Shown piece by piece: positions 36,399 through 46,490 of a stretch of DNA of 64,000 nucleotides. A program made the translations under genes and the position numbers. Source of the stretch: an uncultured Candidatus Saccharibacteria bacterium. Its GTDB lineage: Bacteria > Patescibacteriota > Minisyncoccia > Phycocordibacterales > UBA6065. Every line of letters starts with the position of its first letter. The first letter of the stretch is position 1. The DNA is taken from contig CAYJCZ010000001.1 of assembly GCA_964368835.1 (NCBI GenBank), positions 25,481-89,480 on the forward strand. The letters are read 5' to 3'. A model generated the notes under the pieces. That model searched no databases, had not been told where the DNA came from, and saw only the letters and a list, made by a program, of their open reading frames with translations.

Positions 36399-37430
36399 AT
36401 GTCAAGTACTCCTCCCGCAGGTAGGCAAAAAGACGAAAATAAGGCCTTAAACAAAGGCTCCTTTGAAGGTGACGATCTTTTTCTCGACACAACCCTCCGC
36501 CCCTCTTCGTGGAACGAATACGTGGGACAAAAATCAATAAAAGAAAATCTCAAAGTGCTTTTGCGCGCAGCAAAAGAACGAAATCATCCGCCGGAACACA
36601 TTCTTTTCTATGGTCCACCTGGATTAGGAAAAACTACTCTCGCTCACCTCATTGCAAAGGAGACTTCAAGTCAGCTTAAATCGACTTCTGGTCCTGCGAT
36701 TGAAAAAGTTGGAGACCTCGCATCAATACTTACCAACCTCGCACCAGGTGACATGCTTTTTATAGATGAAATTCATCGCCTCAACAAAGCAATTGAGGAA
36801 GTGCTCTACCCTGCTATGGAATCGGGCTCACTCGATATTATTATTGGTAAAGGTCCCTCAGCTCGAACAATCCAGCTCGAACTTCCACCATTTACCCTCA
36901 TTGCAGCGACAACCCGCATCGCGCTTCTCTCAGCACCTCTCCGCTCCCGCTTCTCTGGAGGTACTTTTAGACTCGAATTTTATACAAACAAGGAAATTCA
37001 AGAGATCATTCATCGATCTGCTAAACTTTTGAAAATTGATATCGACGAACAATCATCAGAAAAGATCGCCAAACGAAGCCGCTTTACACCACGAACCGCC
37101 AACTTCCTCCTTAAACGCGTTCGTGACCTCGCTCAAGTAGAAAAAGTGCCTGTTTCTGTGGAAATTGTTGATAGAGCGCTTGTTATGCTTGGAATAGACG
37201 AGCTTGGTCTTACCCAAAGCGACCGCGATCTCCTCACAACTCTTATAGAAAAGTTTAAAGGAGGACCAGTGGGACTCAACACGCTTGCAGCTTCCCTGGC
37301 AGAAGAAGAGGCAACCGTTGAAGAAGTTCACGAGCCCTATCTTCTGCAACTTGGACTCATTGAACGCACCCCTAGAGGGCGTAAAGTTACAGAAAAAGCG
37401 TTTGGGCACATGAAACTATCTAGGATATAA
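36399..37430 (+). CDS. ruvB: Holliday junction DNA helicase RuvB
   Basis: AAA+ Walker A GPPGLGKTTLAHLIA, Walker B DMLFIDEIHR, sensor and winged-helix C-terminus. Confidence 0.95.
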   Translation: MSSTPPAGRQKDENKALNKGSFEGDDLFLDTTLRPSSWNEYVGQKSIKENLKVLLRAAKERNHPPEHILFYGPPGLGKTTLAHLIAKETSSQLKSTSGPAIEKVGDLASILTNLAPGDMLFIDEIHRLNKAIEEVLYPAMESGSLDIIIGKGPSARTIQLELPPFTLIAATTRIALLSAPLRSRFSGGTFRLEFYTNKEIQEIIHRSAKLLKIDIDEQSSEKIAKRSRFTPRTANFLLKRVRDLAQVEKVPVSVEIVDRALVMLGIDELGLTQSDRDLLTTLIEKFKGGPVGLNTLAASLAEEEATVEEVHEPYLLQLGLIERTPRGRKVTEKAFGHMKLSRI

Positions 37431-37438
37431 TTTAACTC

Positions 37439-37735
37439 ATGAAAAATAGATTCCTAGAACCCTCACTTATTGCCACTTTTTCAATTTTTTACATGTTTGC
37501 TTCATCGGGTATTTCCTGGATGATCGCTGGAGGAGGTTTAGCAAGACAATCTCAAGTGATAGCAACAGGATTTGCCATGATTGTTGCTCTTCTTTTTTTT
37601 GGATATGGTCTCAATAATATGTTAAACAGAACAGTTGGTCGCGGTTTATGCCTAACCATATTAATTTCCTCCGTCATATCAATGATTTTTTTTGTCGGAC
37701 TTACATATGGAATAATTACAAGACTGCCCGCATAA
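37439..37735 (+). CDS. small membrane protein (3 TM), hypothetical
   Basis: 98 aa, hydrophobic. Confidence 0.4.
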   Translation: MKNRFLEPSLIATFSIFYMFASSGISWMIAGGGLARQSQVIATGFAMIVALLFFGYGLNNMLNRTVGRGLCLTILISSVISMIFFVGLTYGIITRLPA

Positions 37736-37796
37736 TATTCTGAGCGTACAAAAGAACAAAAGATTCTCGAGGAAAATTACTTTAATCTAAACCACT

Positions 37797-38324
37797 ATGG
37801 CAGGACATAATAAATGGAAGCAGATAAAAGACAAGAAAGCTAAGACAGACGGAGCAAAATCAAAACTCTATTCAAAATACGCAAAACTTATCTCTGCTGA
37901 GGCGCAGAAAGTTAAAGGAGATAAAAGCGCCCCTTCCCTACGCGCACTTATTGAGCGAGCAAAGACGGAAAATGTAACAAACGATGTTATTGAGCGAGCC
38001 GTAAAGAAGGCCAGCGAGCCCGGCTCAGCACTTGAGGCAATTACCTACGAGGCATATGGTCCTGGTGGCTGTGCGCTCATTATAGAGGCATTCACGACCA
38101 ACAAAAACAAAGCGGCACAAGAAGTAAAACACATACTTACAGATAATGGATTTTCTCTGGCAACCCCAGGAAGTGCATCATGGGCATTTAAGCGTGAGGG
38201 CACAAACTGGACAGCTACCACCACGGTTGAGCTCGAAGACTCTGATATTGAAGCATTGGGTAAACTTGTAGACGCGCTTGAGGCAAACGAAGAAGTTCAA
38301 GAAGTGTTCACAAACGTAGAATAA
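37797..38324 (+). CDS. YebC/PmpR-family probable transcriptional regulator (short form)
   Basis: MAGHNKWKQIKDKKAKTDGAKSKLYSKYAKLI... matches the YebC N-terminus MAGHSKWANIKHRK... Confidence 0.75.
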   Translation: MAGHNKWKQIKDKKAKTDGAKSKLYSKYAKLISAEAQKVKGDKSAPSLRALIERAKTENVTNDVIERAVKKASEPGSALEAITYEAYGPGGCALIIEAFTTNKNKAAQEVKHILTDNGFSLATPGSASWAFKREGTNWTATTTVELEDSDIEALGKLVDALEANEEVQEVFTNVE

Positions 38325-38350
38325 AAAATAAGGCGCGAGAGCGCCTTATT
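38325..38350. terminator. bidirectional terminator
   Basis: AAAAAATAAGGCGC-GAGA-GCGCCTTATTGTT. Confidence 0.65.
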
Positions 38351-38351
38351 G

Positions 38352-38804
38352 TTAACTGACAGAATATACCCTTTCAACCGCCAAAATCTCTTCAATAATG
38401 GCAGGTTCATTCGGTAGTGGAATTGAATAGTAGAAAAACAGTTTGTAGAAAACTAGCTGTTCTTTTTTCCGTTCAGTCCACACAACTATACCCGCATCAA
38501 TAACAAAGGGTCCGGTGTAAAACTCAGCCAGGTTGTGTTTAAACACAGCAATGTTTCCAGCAAACCCCAAATCATACCAACGGCCAGATGTGTGAAGAAA
38601 AACCTCCAACCTGCTGCAGTGAAACACTATCTGCCCATTAGATGATTGAACCTTTTCAATAAAACACCTTATATGGTTCAAAGTCTCACCTTCGCACGAC
38701 GTAACCTCCAAACAACCTCCCACTTCCGTAAAAGCGGAATCTTGGAATGTAATTGCTTTAAAGTACATTGTAGTCCTCCCGCTCGAACTGTATACCCTCC
38801 TCAA
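38352..38804 (-). CDS. hypothetical protein (150 aa)
   Basis: Clean ORF with several Cys/His; no family recognised. Confidence 0.35.
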   Translation of the reverse strand: MRRVYSSSGRTTMYFKAITFQDSAFTEVGGCLEVTSCEGETLNHIRCFIEKVQSSNGQIVFHCSRLEVFLHTSGRWYDLGFAGNIAVFKHNLAEFYTGPFVIDAGIVVWTERKKEQLVFYKLFFYYSIPLPNEPAIIEEILAVERVYSVS

Positions 38805-38834
38805 ACAAAGTCAACGTAATGGTAAAATAGCTCC

Positions 38835-39317
38835 ATGATACTTATCGCAATCGATCCCGGATATGAACGACTTGGTATTGCTGTTATAGAAAAAAATCTT
38901 AAACAAAAAGAAAAGCTTTTGTATTCTGACTGTTTTCAAACAGATAAAAAACTCCCCCACTACATACGCCTTGGGCTCATAGGTGGTGAAATTGCAAAAG
39001 TGATATCTGAATACAAACCAGAGGTGCTATGTCTTGAAAATCTATTCTTTACAAGCAATCAAAAAACAGCTATTTCTGTTGCAGAGGCTCGAGGTGTCAT
39101 ATTGTACGAAGCATCTAGGAACAATCTGAAGGTTTTTGAATATGGACCTGGTGAAATAAAGGTTGCGGTGACAGGATATGGCAAAAGCGACAAAGATCAG
39201 ATCATTGCAATGATCCCCCGACTCATAAAAATAGAGAAAAACATAAAACACGACGATGAATACGATGCTATTGCTGTGGGGCTGACATGCCTTGCGATAG
39301 AACGATTTTCCTTGTAG
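38835..39317 (+). CDS. ruvC: crossover junction endodeoxyribonuclease RuvC
   Basis: MILIAIDPGYERLGIAVIE... with the catalytic Asp/Glu pattern. Confidence 0.85.
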   Translation: MILIAIDPGYERLGIAVIEKNLKQKEKLLYSDCFQTDKKLPHYIRLGLIGGEIAKVISEYKPEVLCLENLFFTSNQKTAISVAEARGVILYEASRNNLKVFEYGPGEIKVAVTGYGKSDKDQIIAMIPRLIKIEKNIKHDDEYDAIAVGLTCLAIERFSL

Positions 39318-39398
39318 TTTGGTTTTCCACAGCTGTAACTATTTGCAAAGATCATTCAATTTGCTACAAATAGGAACATTCAAGAAGAATTTAAACAC

Positions 39399-39638
39399 AT
39401 GCCACGAAAGAAAATAGAAAAAAATGTAGAGAAGCCAGAGATCCGAGAAACCGAAGATCGAGAGAAAGAAGACAAGGATAAGGATGAAGAGGAGGATGAT
39501 CCTAGTCCGAAAAAAGTTGCTTCTGATGACGATGAAACAGAAGCTGAGGATACCGACGATCTCTTGGGTGAAGAAGACGAAGAGGATGAAGATAACCCTC
39601 TTAATGATTTCATGACCGGCGAGGAAGAGACTTTCTAA
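39399..39638 (+). CDS. highly acidic small protein (Asp/Glu-rich, about 45% acidic), hypothetical
   Basis: 79 aa: ...EDREKEDKDKDEEEDDPSPKKVASDDDETEAEDTDDLLGEEDEEDEDNPLNDFMTGEEETF. A strong terminator follows at 39641-39668. The antisense poly-Ser ORF 39380-39613 is rejected. Confidence 0.5.
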   Translation: MPRKKIEKNVEKPEIRETEDREKEDKDKDEEEDDPSPKKVASDDDETEAEDTDDLLGEEDEEDEDNPLNDFMTGEEETF

Positions 39639-39640
39639 AA

Positions 39641-39668
39641 AAACGGGGATCTCCCCGTTTTTTTGCTG
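39641..39668. terminator. bidirectional terminator
   Basis: AAAAAAACGGGGATCTCCCCGTTTTTTTG. Confidence 0.75.
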
Positions 39669-40895
39669 CTATATACGAATTTTTATAAATCTGTGTTTTC
39701 CTACCTTCAGATCCATATCTGAATCTATTTTTGCGTCGAAAGCTTCGATCGCTGAACCCCCTTTAAAATCCTTGATCGCTTTTTCTGAAACCAATCTTTT
39801 GAATTCCGTCTTTGACGTAACGATTTTTTCGGAAATGAGGAAATCTGCAAGAGCTGTACCTTTCACAGCTTTTACCTCTGGAACATCGCTTGGCATAGAA
39901 CCTCCACTAAACACTGAGACAAAAGACTCTTTAGCTTTCTCTGCTGCAGCCTTACCGTGGTAAACCTCTACAACCACTACCCCAAGCCTCATCTTGGCAT
40001 CACGTGGATTACCGCCGTTTGAAAGAAACACCTTTTCCTTTTCAATTTCCTCATCTGAAACTCGAGTACAGAGTTCATAACTTGGGATAATGAGACTATC
40101 GGCGCCTGACATAACCTTTCCAAACATATCAGTCGCACTGTCTGCGAGTGTAATCATATTCCCTTCTGACTTACCCATCTTCTTGCCTGTTGAGTCAACA
40201 AGCAGTTTGGTGGTGAGCACAAACTTTTCTTTATTCTTAAGTGACCTCAAGAGGTTTCGGCCAGCAAGCATGTTAAACGTCTGATCGTTTCCACCAACCT
40301 CTGCATCAACATCCATAGCTACAGAGTCGTAGCCCTGCATCAACGGATAAAGGAATTCATGAAGGTGTATAGGTTTTCCCTCTTTGAGTCTGTTTGAGAA
40401 CATGTCCCTCTCAATCATCTGCTGAACTGTCATATTTGAAGCTAACTCAACCACCTGTGCGAAATTCATCTTTGAAAGCCACGCGCTGTTGTATTTTATT
40501 TCTGCTGCATTAGATCCGGAGAAAGAAAGAAACGTCGAAGCCTGCTTTTTATACGCCTTAAGATTATTTGCCACTTCTACCGCTGTGAGCTTCTTACGAG
40601 TAGCTGATTTATCAGTTGGGTCGCCGATCATAGCAGTAAAATCTCCCATAAGCATGATGACCTTGTGGCCCATCTTTTGAAAATGAGACAGTTTCATGAG
40701 TGGTATTGCATGCCCCATGTGAAGTGATGGTCCGGTTGGATCAATACCAAGATACATCGTGAGTTTTTTTCCACTTCCTAACGCTTTCGCAAAAGCCTCC
40801 TTTGACGGATACACATTTTCAACACCTTTTGAAAGAAAAAGCTCAATTTCTTTCGTATTAGGTATAACTGACTCTTTATTCCCAAAAAATTTCAT
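39669..40895 (-). CDS. tyrS: tyrosine--tRNA ligase
   Basis: HIGH motif (GPSLHMGHAIP), KMSKS variant (KMGKSEGN) and C-terminal S4-like domain; 408 aa. Confidence 0.9.
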   Translation of the reverse strand: MKFFGNKESVIPNTKEIELFLSKGVENVYPSKEAFAKALGSGKKLTMYLGIDPTGPSLHMGHAIPLMKLSHFQKMGHKVIMLMGDFTAMIGDPTDKSATRKKLTAVEVANNLKAYKKQASTFLSFSGSNAAEIKYNSAWLSKMNFAQVVELASNMTVQQMIERDMFSNRLKEGKPIHLHEFLYPLMQGYDSVAMDVDAEVGGNDQTFNMLAGRNLLRSLKNKEKFVLTTKLLVDSTGKKMGKSEGNMITLADSATDMFGKVMSGADSLIIPSYELCTRVSDEEIEKEKVFLSNGGNPRDAKMRLGVVVVEVYHGKAAAEKAKESFVSVFSGGSMPSDVPEVKAVKGTALADFLISEKIVTSKTEFKRLVSEKAIKDFKGGSAIEAFDAKIDSDMDLKVGKHRFIKIRI

Positions 40896-40969
40896 AAATA
40901 CAATGTATCATAGCCGTTTTTTATTGTCTTGTGAGGGGTAATGATAGGTGATATCGTAAGGTTTACTCT

Positions 40970-43516
40970 ATGAAAAAAAGCATATTTTCTCGAATTCACA
41001 GACATATCAAAGCTCACAGCAAGCAAGATATGTTTATTATTATTTCAACGATCGCTTGTATTGGAATTGGTATTATCATTCTCTGGATAGCTTCATTTAG
41101 ACTGCCTGATCTTTCATCATTCGAACAAAGAAAAGTACTTGAATCTACAAAGATTTATGACCGGACAGGAAAAGTACTCCTCTATGACTTCAATGACGGC
41201 GTAAGGAGAACCGTTCTTGCATCAGAAGACATCTCCCCTTTCATAAAGAAAGCTACCGTAGCCATTGAGGATGCTGATTTTTATAACCATAACGGTATAA
41301 AAGTATCTTCCTTCATACGTGCACTGCTCGCCAACATTCAAAGTGGTGGTTTTAGCCAAGGTGGATCAACAATCACGCAGCAAGTAGTAAAAAACACACT
41401 CCTAACGAACGAAAAAAGAATCTCAAGAAAAATAAAGGAGTGGGTTTTGGCCATCAAGCTCGACAAAGCACTTCCAAAAGACACCGTTCTCACAAGCTAC
41501 CTTAACGAAAATCCATATGGAGGAAGTCTTTATGGTGTTGAAGAAGCGTCAAAGCAGTTTTATGCAAAAAGCGCTAAAGATGTGACGTTGGCAGAGGCTG
41601 CTTACCTCGCAGCGATCCCTCAGGCGACAACGTATTTTTCTCCTTATGGAAACAATGTTGATAAACTCGAAGAGAGAAAGAATCTTGTTTTGCGCAAAAT
41701 GCTTGAAAGCGGCTCAATAAATCAAACCGATTACGATGCCGCCCTTGTAGAAAAAGTTCGCTTCCAACCACAAGAGCAGTTTGGTATAAAAGCTCCTCAT
41801 TTCGTCTTTTTCGTTAAGGATTATCTCGAGAAAGTTCTTGGTGTAGATTCACTCGATGAAGGAGGCTACCGTGTTATCACCACGCTTGATACCGACCTAC
41901 AAGAAAAAGCTGAAGATCTTGTAAAAACAACAGCGCTTAGTAACACAGAAAGTTTCAACGCATCAAACGCGGCGTTGATTGCACTTGATCCAAAAACAGG
42001 AGGAATCTTATCGATGGTTGGTTCACGAGATTATTTTGATAAGGAGATTGATGGTAAGTTCAATGTCTCAGTGGCACCTAACAGGCAGCCAGGTTCAACA
42101 ATGAAGCCTATTGTCTACGCCCAAGCATTTGAAAAAGGTTATACCCCGGAAACTGTTCTCTTTGACCTTCAAACAGAATTCTCTAGTGAATGTGACATAG
42201 AAGGTAAACCTATCAAGGAAGGAGTAGATCCTGAGGTTTGTTACATGCCTCAAAACTATGATGAACTTTTCCGAGGACCAATGACTTTACGAGAAGCCCT
42301 CGCTCAATCAATCAACGTGGTGGCTATTAAAACCCTTTATCTTGCTGGAACTCGCGAATCATTGTCATTGGCAAAAGATATGGGTATCACAAGCCTTACA
42401 AATCCAGATCGATATGGTTTAACGCTCGTTTTGGGAGGTGGTGAAATTTCTCTTCTTGAGATGACGAGCGCATACGGAGTATTTGCAAATGATGGTACCC
42501 GTGTGCCATATCGACCTGTACTTCAAGTGTTTGACTCTAAGGGTGGAGAAATCCGACTACCTTCACAAAGGCAAAGCAGAGTACTCAGTGAAAATGTCGC
42601 ACGAACCATATCAAGCATTCTTTCTGACAACACAGCTCGAACCCCAGCATACGGACCAAACTCTGTACTCTACTTCCCTTCACGAGATGTGGCTGCAAAA
42701 ACCGGTACCACAAACGACTCTCGTGATGCGTGGACAATTGGTTATTCCCCTAACATTGTTGTTGGAGTGTGGGCTGGAAACAACGACAACTCTCCTATGG
42801 TTAAAAAAGTTGCCGGACAAATTGTTGCACCAATGTGGAGTTCGTTTATGAAACAAGCCCTCGCTTCTGTTCCTGATGAACGCTTCCCTCTTCCTATGCC
42901 AGCAGACCCAACGACGTTAAAACCCGTTATGAAGGGTATCTGGCAAGGAGGTGACACATATGTCATCGACACCATATCTAACAAGCTTGCGACCGAATTC
43001 ACGCCTCCAGAGACACGAAAAGAGATCGCTGTTCAGTCTGTTCACTCAATTCTTCACTGGGTAAATAAAGCTAACCCTCTTGGTCCAGCACCTCTTGATC
43101 CAAAAAGTGACTCTCAGTACGAGCGATGGGAGGCACCTATCCGAAAATGGGCACTTGAACACAACTACCTTGATCAAGACTCGTCAGTTATTCCAAAACA
43201 AACCGATGATATACACACAGGAAGCAACGCTTTATCGATAAACATTCAGAATATTGATTCAGCAAAAAAATATAATCTTAACGAAAACATCTCCATCCAA
43301 GTTACCTCTACTGGAAAATACCAATTAACAAAAGCATCGCTTTATATAAACAACTCATTTATAGAAAGCGTAGAAAGAGCTCCGTTTGTCTTTAGGTTTA
43401 CTCCAAAAGATCTTTCTCAGATTGAGGAAATGAATGAGATCAGGGTTGTTGGATACGACTCAGTGTTAAACAGAGATGAAGCAACTACACAATTCTTTGT
43501 GGCCCTCGATAACTAA
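40970..43516 (+). CDS. class A penicillin-binding protein (bifunctional transglycosylase/transpeptidase, PBP1A-like)
   Basis: N-terminal TM, GT51 motifs (ATVAIEDADFYNHNGI, GGSTITQQ), transpeptidase SxxK/SxN/KTG (STMKP, KTGTTN); 848 aa. Confidence 0.9.
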   Translation: MKKSIFSRIHRHIKAHSKQDMFIIISTIACIGIGIIILWIASFRLPDLSSFEQRKVLESTKIYDRTGKVLLYDFNDGVRRTVLASEDISPFIKKATVAIEDADFYNHNGIKVSSFIRALLANIQSGGFSQGGSTITQQVVKNTLLTNEKRISRKIKEWVLAIKLDKALPKDTVLTSYLNENPYGGSLYGVEEASKQFYAKSAKDVTLAEAAYLAAIPQATTYFSPYGNNVDKLEERKNLVLRKMLESGSINQTDYDAALVEKVRFQPQEQFGIKAPHFVFFVKDYLEKVLGVDSLDEGGYRVITTLDTDLQEKAEDLVKTTALSNTESFNASNAALIALDPKTGGILSMVGSRDYFDKEIDGKFNVSVAPNRQPGSTMKPIVYAQAFEKGYTPETVLFDLQTEFSSECDIEGKPIKEGVDPEVCYMPQNYDELFRGPMTLREALAQSINVVAIKTLYLAGTRESLSLAKDMGITSLTNPDRYGLTLVLGGGEISLLEMTSAYGVFANDGTRVPYRPVLQVFDSKGGEIRLPSQRQSRVLSENVARTISSILSDNTARTPAYGPNSVLYFPSRDVAAKTGTTNDSRDAWTIGYSPNIVVGVWAGNNDNSPMVKKVAGQIVAPMWSSFMKQALASVPDERFPLPMPADPTTLKPVMKGIWQGGDTYVIDTISNKLATEFTPPETRKEIAVQSVHSILHWVNKANPLGPAPLDPKSDSQYERWEAPIRKWALEHNYLDQDSSVIPKQTDDIHTGSNALSINIQNIDSAKKYNLNENISIQVTSTGKYQLTKASLYINNSFIESVERAPFVFRFTPKDLSQIEEMNEIRVVGYDSVLNRDEATTQFFVALDN

Positions 43517-43547
43517 AAGAAAAAACCACCCAAAGAGGTGGTTTTTT
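43517..43547. terminator. bidirectional terminator
   Basis: AAAAAACCACC-CAAAGA-GGTGGTTTTTTC. Confidence 0.75.
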
Positions 43548-43548
43548 C

Positions 43549-43800
43549 TTATCTGATATCTGAAATTCTACTGCCAGGCATTCTTGTTTTAATCAAAGCC
43601 AGTATTGTTGCCTTTTTGGTATACACCATCGATTTCACCATAGGTGAACCTTTGATATATAAAACCCCTTTCTTTACATCAAAATCTACTTTATCGAGAT
43701 TACATGCTTCGTAGAGAGCTGCTCGAATAGAATCTTTTTGGTGAAGTGAGTCACCTTCTATTTGAGAAAACTTCTTGAAGTAATCAGCTATGTTAAACAT
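43549..43800 (-). CDS. DUF721/DciA-like small protein (commonly adjacent to dnaN)
   Basis: 83 aa. Position immediately downstream of dnaN and a general resemblance to DUF721. Confidence 0.4.
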   Translation of the reverse strand: MFNIADYFKKFSQIEGDSLHQKDSIRAALYEACNLDKVDFDVKKGVLYIKGSPMVKSMVYTKKATILALIKTRMPGSRISDIR

Positions 43801-43816
43801 ATAACCCTAGATTGAG

Positions 43817-44917
43817 TTATCTGTTCATCGGCATTACCAAGTATGTGAAGGATTTATCAGAAACACCCTTAAGAACAAGAGGTTTGTTGGCACCGCTAAT
43901 CGAAAGCACAAGACTGTCCGTATCGATTGATTGAAAACAATCAGCAATGTATTTGTGATTGAAATTAATATCAACATCCTGACCAGTAACACTTGAATCA
44001 ATCGCGTTGGTATACTCCCCCACATCGCTATTCTTTGTTGAAATAACAAAACTTTTCTTTGAAGGGAGAGCTTTAACGTTTACCTGGTTGAATTTATCTG
44101 AGAAAACGTGTGATGTTTTAAGTGAATCAATCAAATCCTGCTTTAAGACAATCACCTCTGTAACAAATACCTTTGGAATAATCTGTCGGTAATCTGGAAA
44201 GGTTGCATCAATAACACGCGACATGAGATAAATATCCTTTGTTTCAAACGCAATCTGGTTTTTATCAAAGAGAACTTTTATATCATCCACTACCCCATCA
44301 AGAGTTCGGATTATGTCCGCAACATTCTTTGCAGGAACGATAACTGAAGGAAAATCTATTGAATCTTTAACCTTAACCCTCTTTTCTGCGAGTCTAAATG
44401 AATCAGTTGATACAAAAACAAGATCTCCGTCTTCCTTAAAAACGTACACACTTGAAAGTTCAGGCTTAACTGTCGACAAAGAAGCGCTATACACGACAGA
44501 TTTAAAACCCTTAACGAGAAGTTTTGGGTTTATCTCAATTGTTCTTTCGGTCTCAAGTCGTGGAATTGATGGAAAGTCGTCTGTTGGGAATGTTTTTATG
44601 AGGGTTGTGTTTGAAGAAGTCGAAATAAGTACATTTCCATCCTTAGATTCGAGAGTTATGTTTTTTTCCTTCGGAAGTCCGGAGAGAAGAGAGCTAATTA
44701 CCCCTCCGTGAAGCGCAATTTCACCCTCCCGTTCAACTTTAGCGGGGATTTTGATCTCTATCCCGCAGTCGAGGTTTGTGGCACGTACAACGAGCGAATT
44801 TTTGGTCGCCTTGAGATTAATACATGAAAGAATTGGTAGTGAAAGATTTTTACCAGTCAGACGATCTGCCTTTGAAATTCCTTCGATCAGTTTTTCTTTA
44901 ATACATTCGATTTTCAT
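43817..44917 (-). CDS. dnaN: DNA polymerase III beta subunit (sliding clamp)
   Basis: Three-domain beta-clamp pattern, MKIECIKEKLIEGISKADRLTG...; 366 aa, downstream of dnaA. Confidence 0.9.
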   Translation of the reverse strand: MKIECIKEKLIEGISKADRLTGKNLSLPILSCINLKATKNSLVVRATNLDCGIEIKIPAKVEREGEIALHGGVISSLLSGLPKEKNITLESKDGNVLISTSSNTTLIKTFPTDDFPSIPRLETERTIEINPKLLVKGFKSVVYSASLSTVKPELSSVYVFKEDGDLVFVSTDSFRLAEKRVKVKDSIDFPSVIVPAKNVADIIRTLDGVVDDIKVLFDKNQIAFETKDIYLMSRVIDATFPDYRQIIPKVFVTEVIVLKQDLIDSLKTSHVFSDKFNQVNVKALPSKKSFVISTKNSDVGEYTNAIDSSVTGQDVDINFNHKYIADCFQSIDTDSLVLSISGANKPLVLKGVSDKSFTYLVMPMNR

Positions 44918-45146
44918 ATTCCTAGTATATCTTTATATCTTCTTTAAAGAAGACTATTACTATTAATAGGGCTGTGTATATGTTAATAACTTTTTATAGG
45001 GCCTCAGGTATAGTTATTTTGATTTTTTAGACTTTAGTTTCTGTGGATAAGCACCGATTGGATTTAATAACTTTTGATCGCTATCAACTTATCCTCCTAC
45101 ATATCCACATATCTACACGTCTTTTCCACAACCAACCAACATGGGT
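44918..45146. promoter_or_regulatory. putative oriC segment: DnaA-box cluster plus AT-rich unwinding region between dnaN and dnaA
   Basis: Perfect DnaA box TGTGGATAA at 45042-45050 (reverse orientation) and three near-consensus forward boxes: TTATCCTCC at 45089-45097, ATATCCACA at 45101-45109 and TTTTCCACA at 45122-45130. AT-rich tract at 45011-45040. Confidence 0.65.
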
Positions 45147-46490
45147 CTACGAGATGAGAGATCGTATATGATTCACTTCCTGAAGAAGTATCTGGTTGGA
45201 CTTTATCTCCTCTTTAACCTTTTCGCAAGAATGAATTACAGTCGTGTGATCACGGCCTCCAAGCTTCTCACCAATAGATGGGTATGAGATATTCATGTCT
45301 TCACGCAGAATATACATAATTACCTGACGCGGTTTAACAACTTCTTTCTTTCGAGTCTTCTCGTAGATGTTATTTTCTTCAATATTATAGAAATCTGAGA
45401 CGATTTTAACGACATCTTTAATAGAAACGAGCTTTTTAGGTTTAGCGCTGTTCTTTATAAGGTTCTTTATATCAATAATATTAAGTTCCCTACCTCGAAC
45501 CTGAGTCTGCATGGCTACAGAATTGATGATTCCTTCGAGTTCTCGAATATTTCCATCAACTGAGCTCGCGAGAAAGTCTAAAAGATCAGATGGAAGCGAC
45601 ACATTCTGCTTTGAGAGTTTGTTTTTAAGGATGATAAGTCTTGATTCATAGTCAGGTGCGGCAACATCAACAATCATTCCCGAGCCAAGTCGTGATTTTA
45701 TTCGATCTTCAAGGTCAGGCATGTGGTTTGGATGCTGATCTGATGAGCAGATAAGCTGCTTGTTGTTCTCCTTGAGGGTGTTGAAGAGATGGAAGAATTC
45801 TTCTTGAGACTTTTCCTTGCTTGAGAAGAATTGTACGTCATCCATAATCAAAACATCGTACTTTCGGTACTTCTCTTTGAACTGATTTGCCTTACCAAGC
45901 TGGAGTGAGTTCATGAAATCAACAGCAAATCGTTCAGAAGTAACATAAAACACCTTCTTTGCCGGATCTTTTGCTTTGATGTGGTTCCCTACCGCCTGCA
46001 TTAGATGAGTCTTTCCTCTTCCTGTGCCTCCGTAGATGTAGAGAGGGTTATATGCAATACCTGGATTTTTCATTACCGCCTGAGCTGCAGCATGAGCAAG
46101 CTCGTTAAATGGCCCAACCACAAAGGTATCAAAGGTATATTTAGGATTTAGGTTATCGTCTTTGCTTACATAAAACTCCTGAAGAGGTAGTTCGTACGCT
46201 GGAGCAGTCTTTCGCTCTATCTCAAGAGGTTCCTTACGCTCCTGGTTCTTTGAAATGACATATTCAAGAGATCGAACATCGTTTCCGAAGTCTCGGAGGT
46301 GCTTCAAGATCGTCTTATGGAATTTGCTTGAGAGCCATTCCTTTGCAAACACGCTTGGTACCGCAACATAGATAACACCATCATCTTGTTTATGGATGTA
46401 GGTGTCGCGGAACCACATGTTGAAGTTCGCTTTCGAGACCTGAAGTTCTACCGTCCCTAAAACGCTGTCCCACAATTTTTTTATATCCAT
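45147..46490 (-). CDS. dnaA: chromosomal replication initiator protein DnaA
   Basis: AAA+ Walker A GGTGRGKTHLMQAVGNH, Walker B, C-terminal DNA-binding domain (helix-turn-helix, ...HTTVIHSCEKV...). Start chosen at MDIKKLWD; the ORF track extends to 46532. Confidence 0.95.
   Translation of the reverse strand: MDIKKLWDSVLGTVELQVSKANFNMWFRDTYIHKQDDGVIYVAVPSVFAKEWLSSKFHKTILKHLRDFGNDVRSLEYVISKNQERKEPLEIERKTAPAYELPLQEFYVSKDDNLNPKYTFDTFVVGPFNELAHAAAQAVMKNPGIAYNPLYIYGGTGRGKTHLMQAVGNHIKAKDPAKKVFYVTSERFAVDFMNSLQLGKANQFKEKYRKYDVLIMDDVQFFSSKEKSQEEFFHLFNTLKENNKQLICSSDQHPNHMPDLEDRIKSRLGSGMIVDVAAPDYESRLIILKNKLSKQNVSLPSDLLDFLASSVDGNIRELEGIINSVAMQTQVRGRELNIIDIKNLIKNSAKPKKLVSIKDVVKIVSDFYNIEENNIYEKTRKKEVVKPRQVIMYILREDMNISYPSIGEKLGGRDHTTVIHSCEKVKEEIKSNQILLQEVNHIRSLIS

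Noticed and set aside
39380-39613. Poly-serine 77-aa ORF on the minus strand
   Set aside because: Antisense artefact of the GA-rich acidic-protein gene. The terminator and start context favour the plus-strand ORF.
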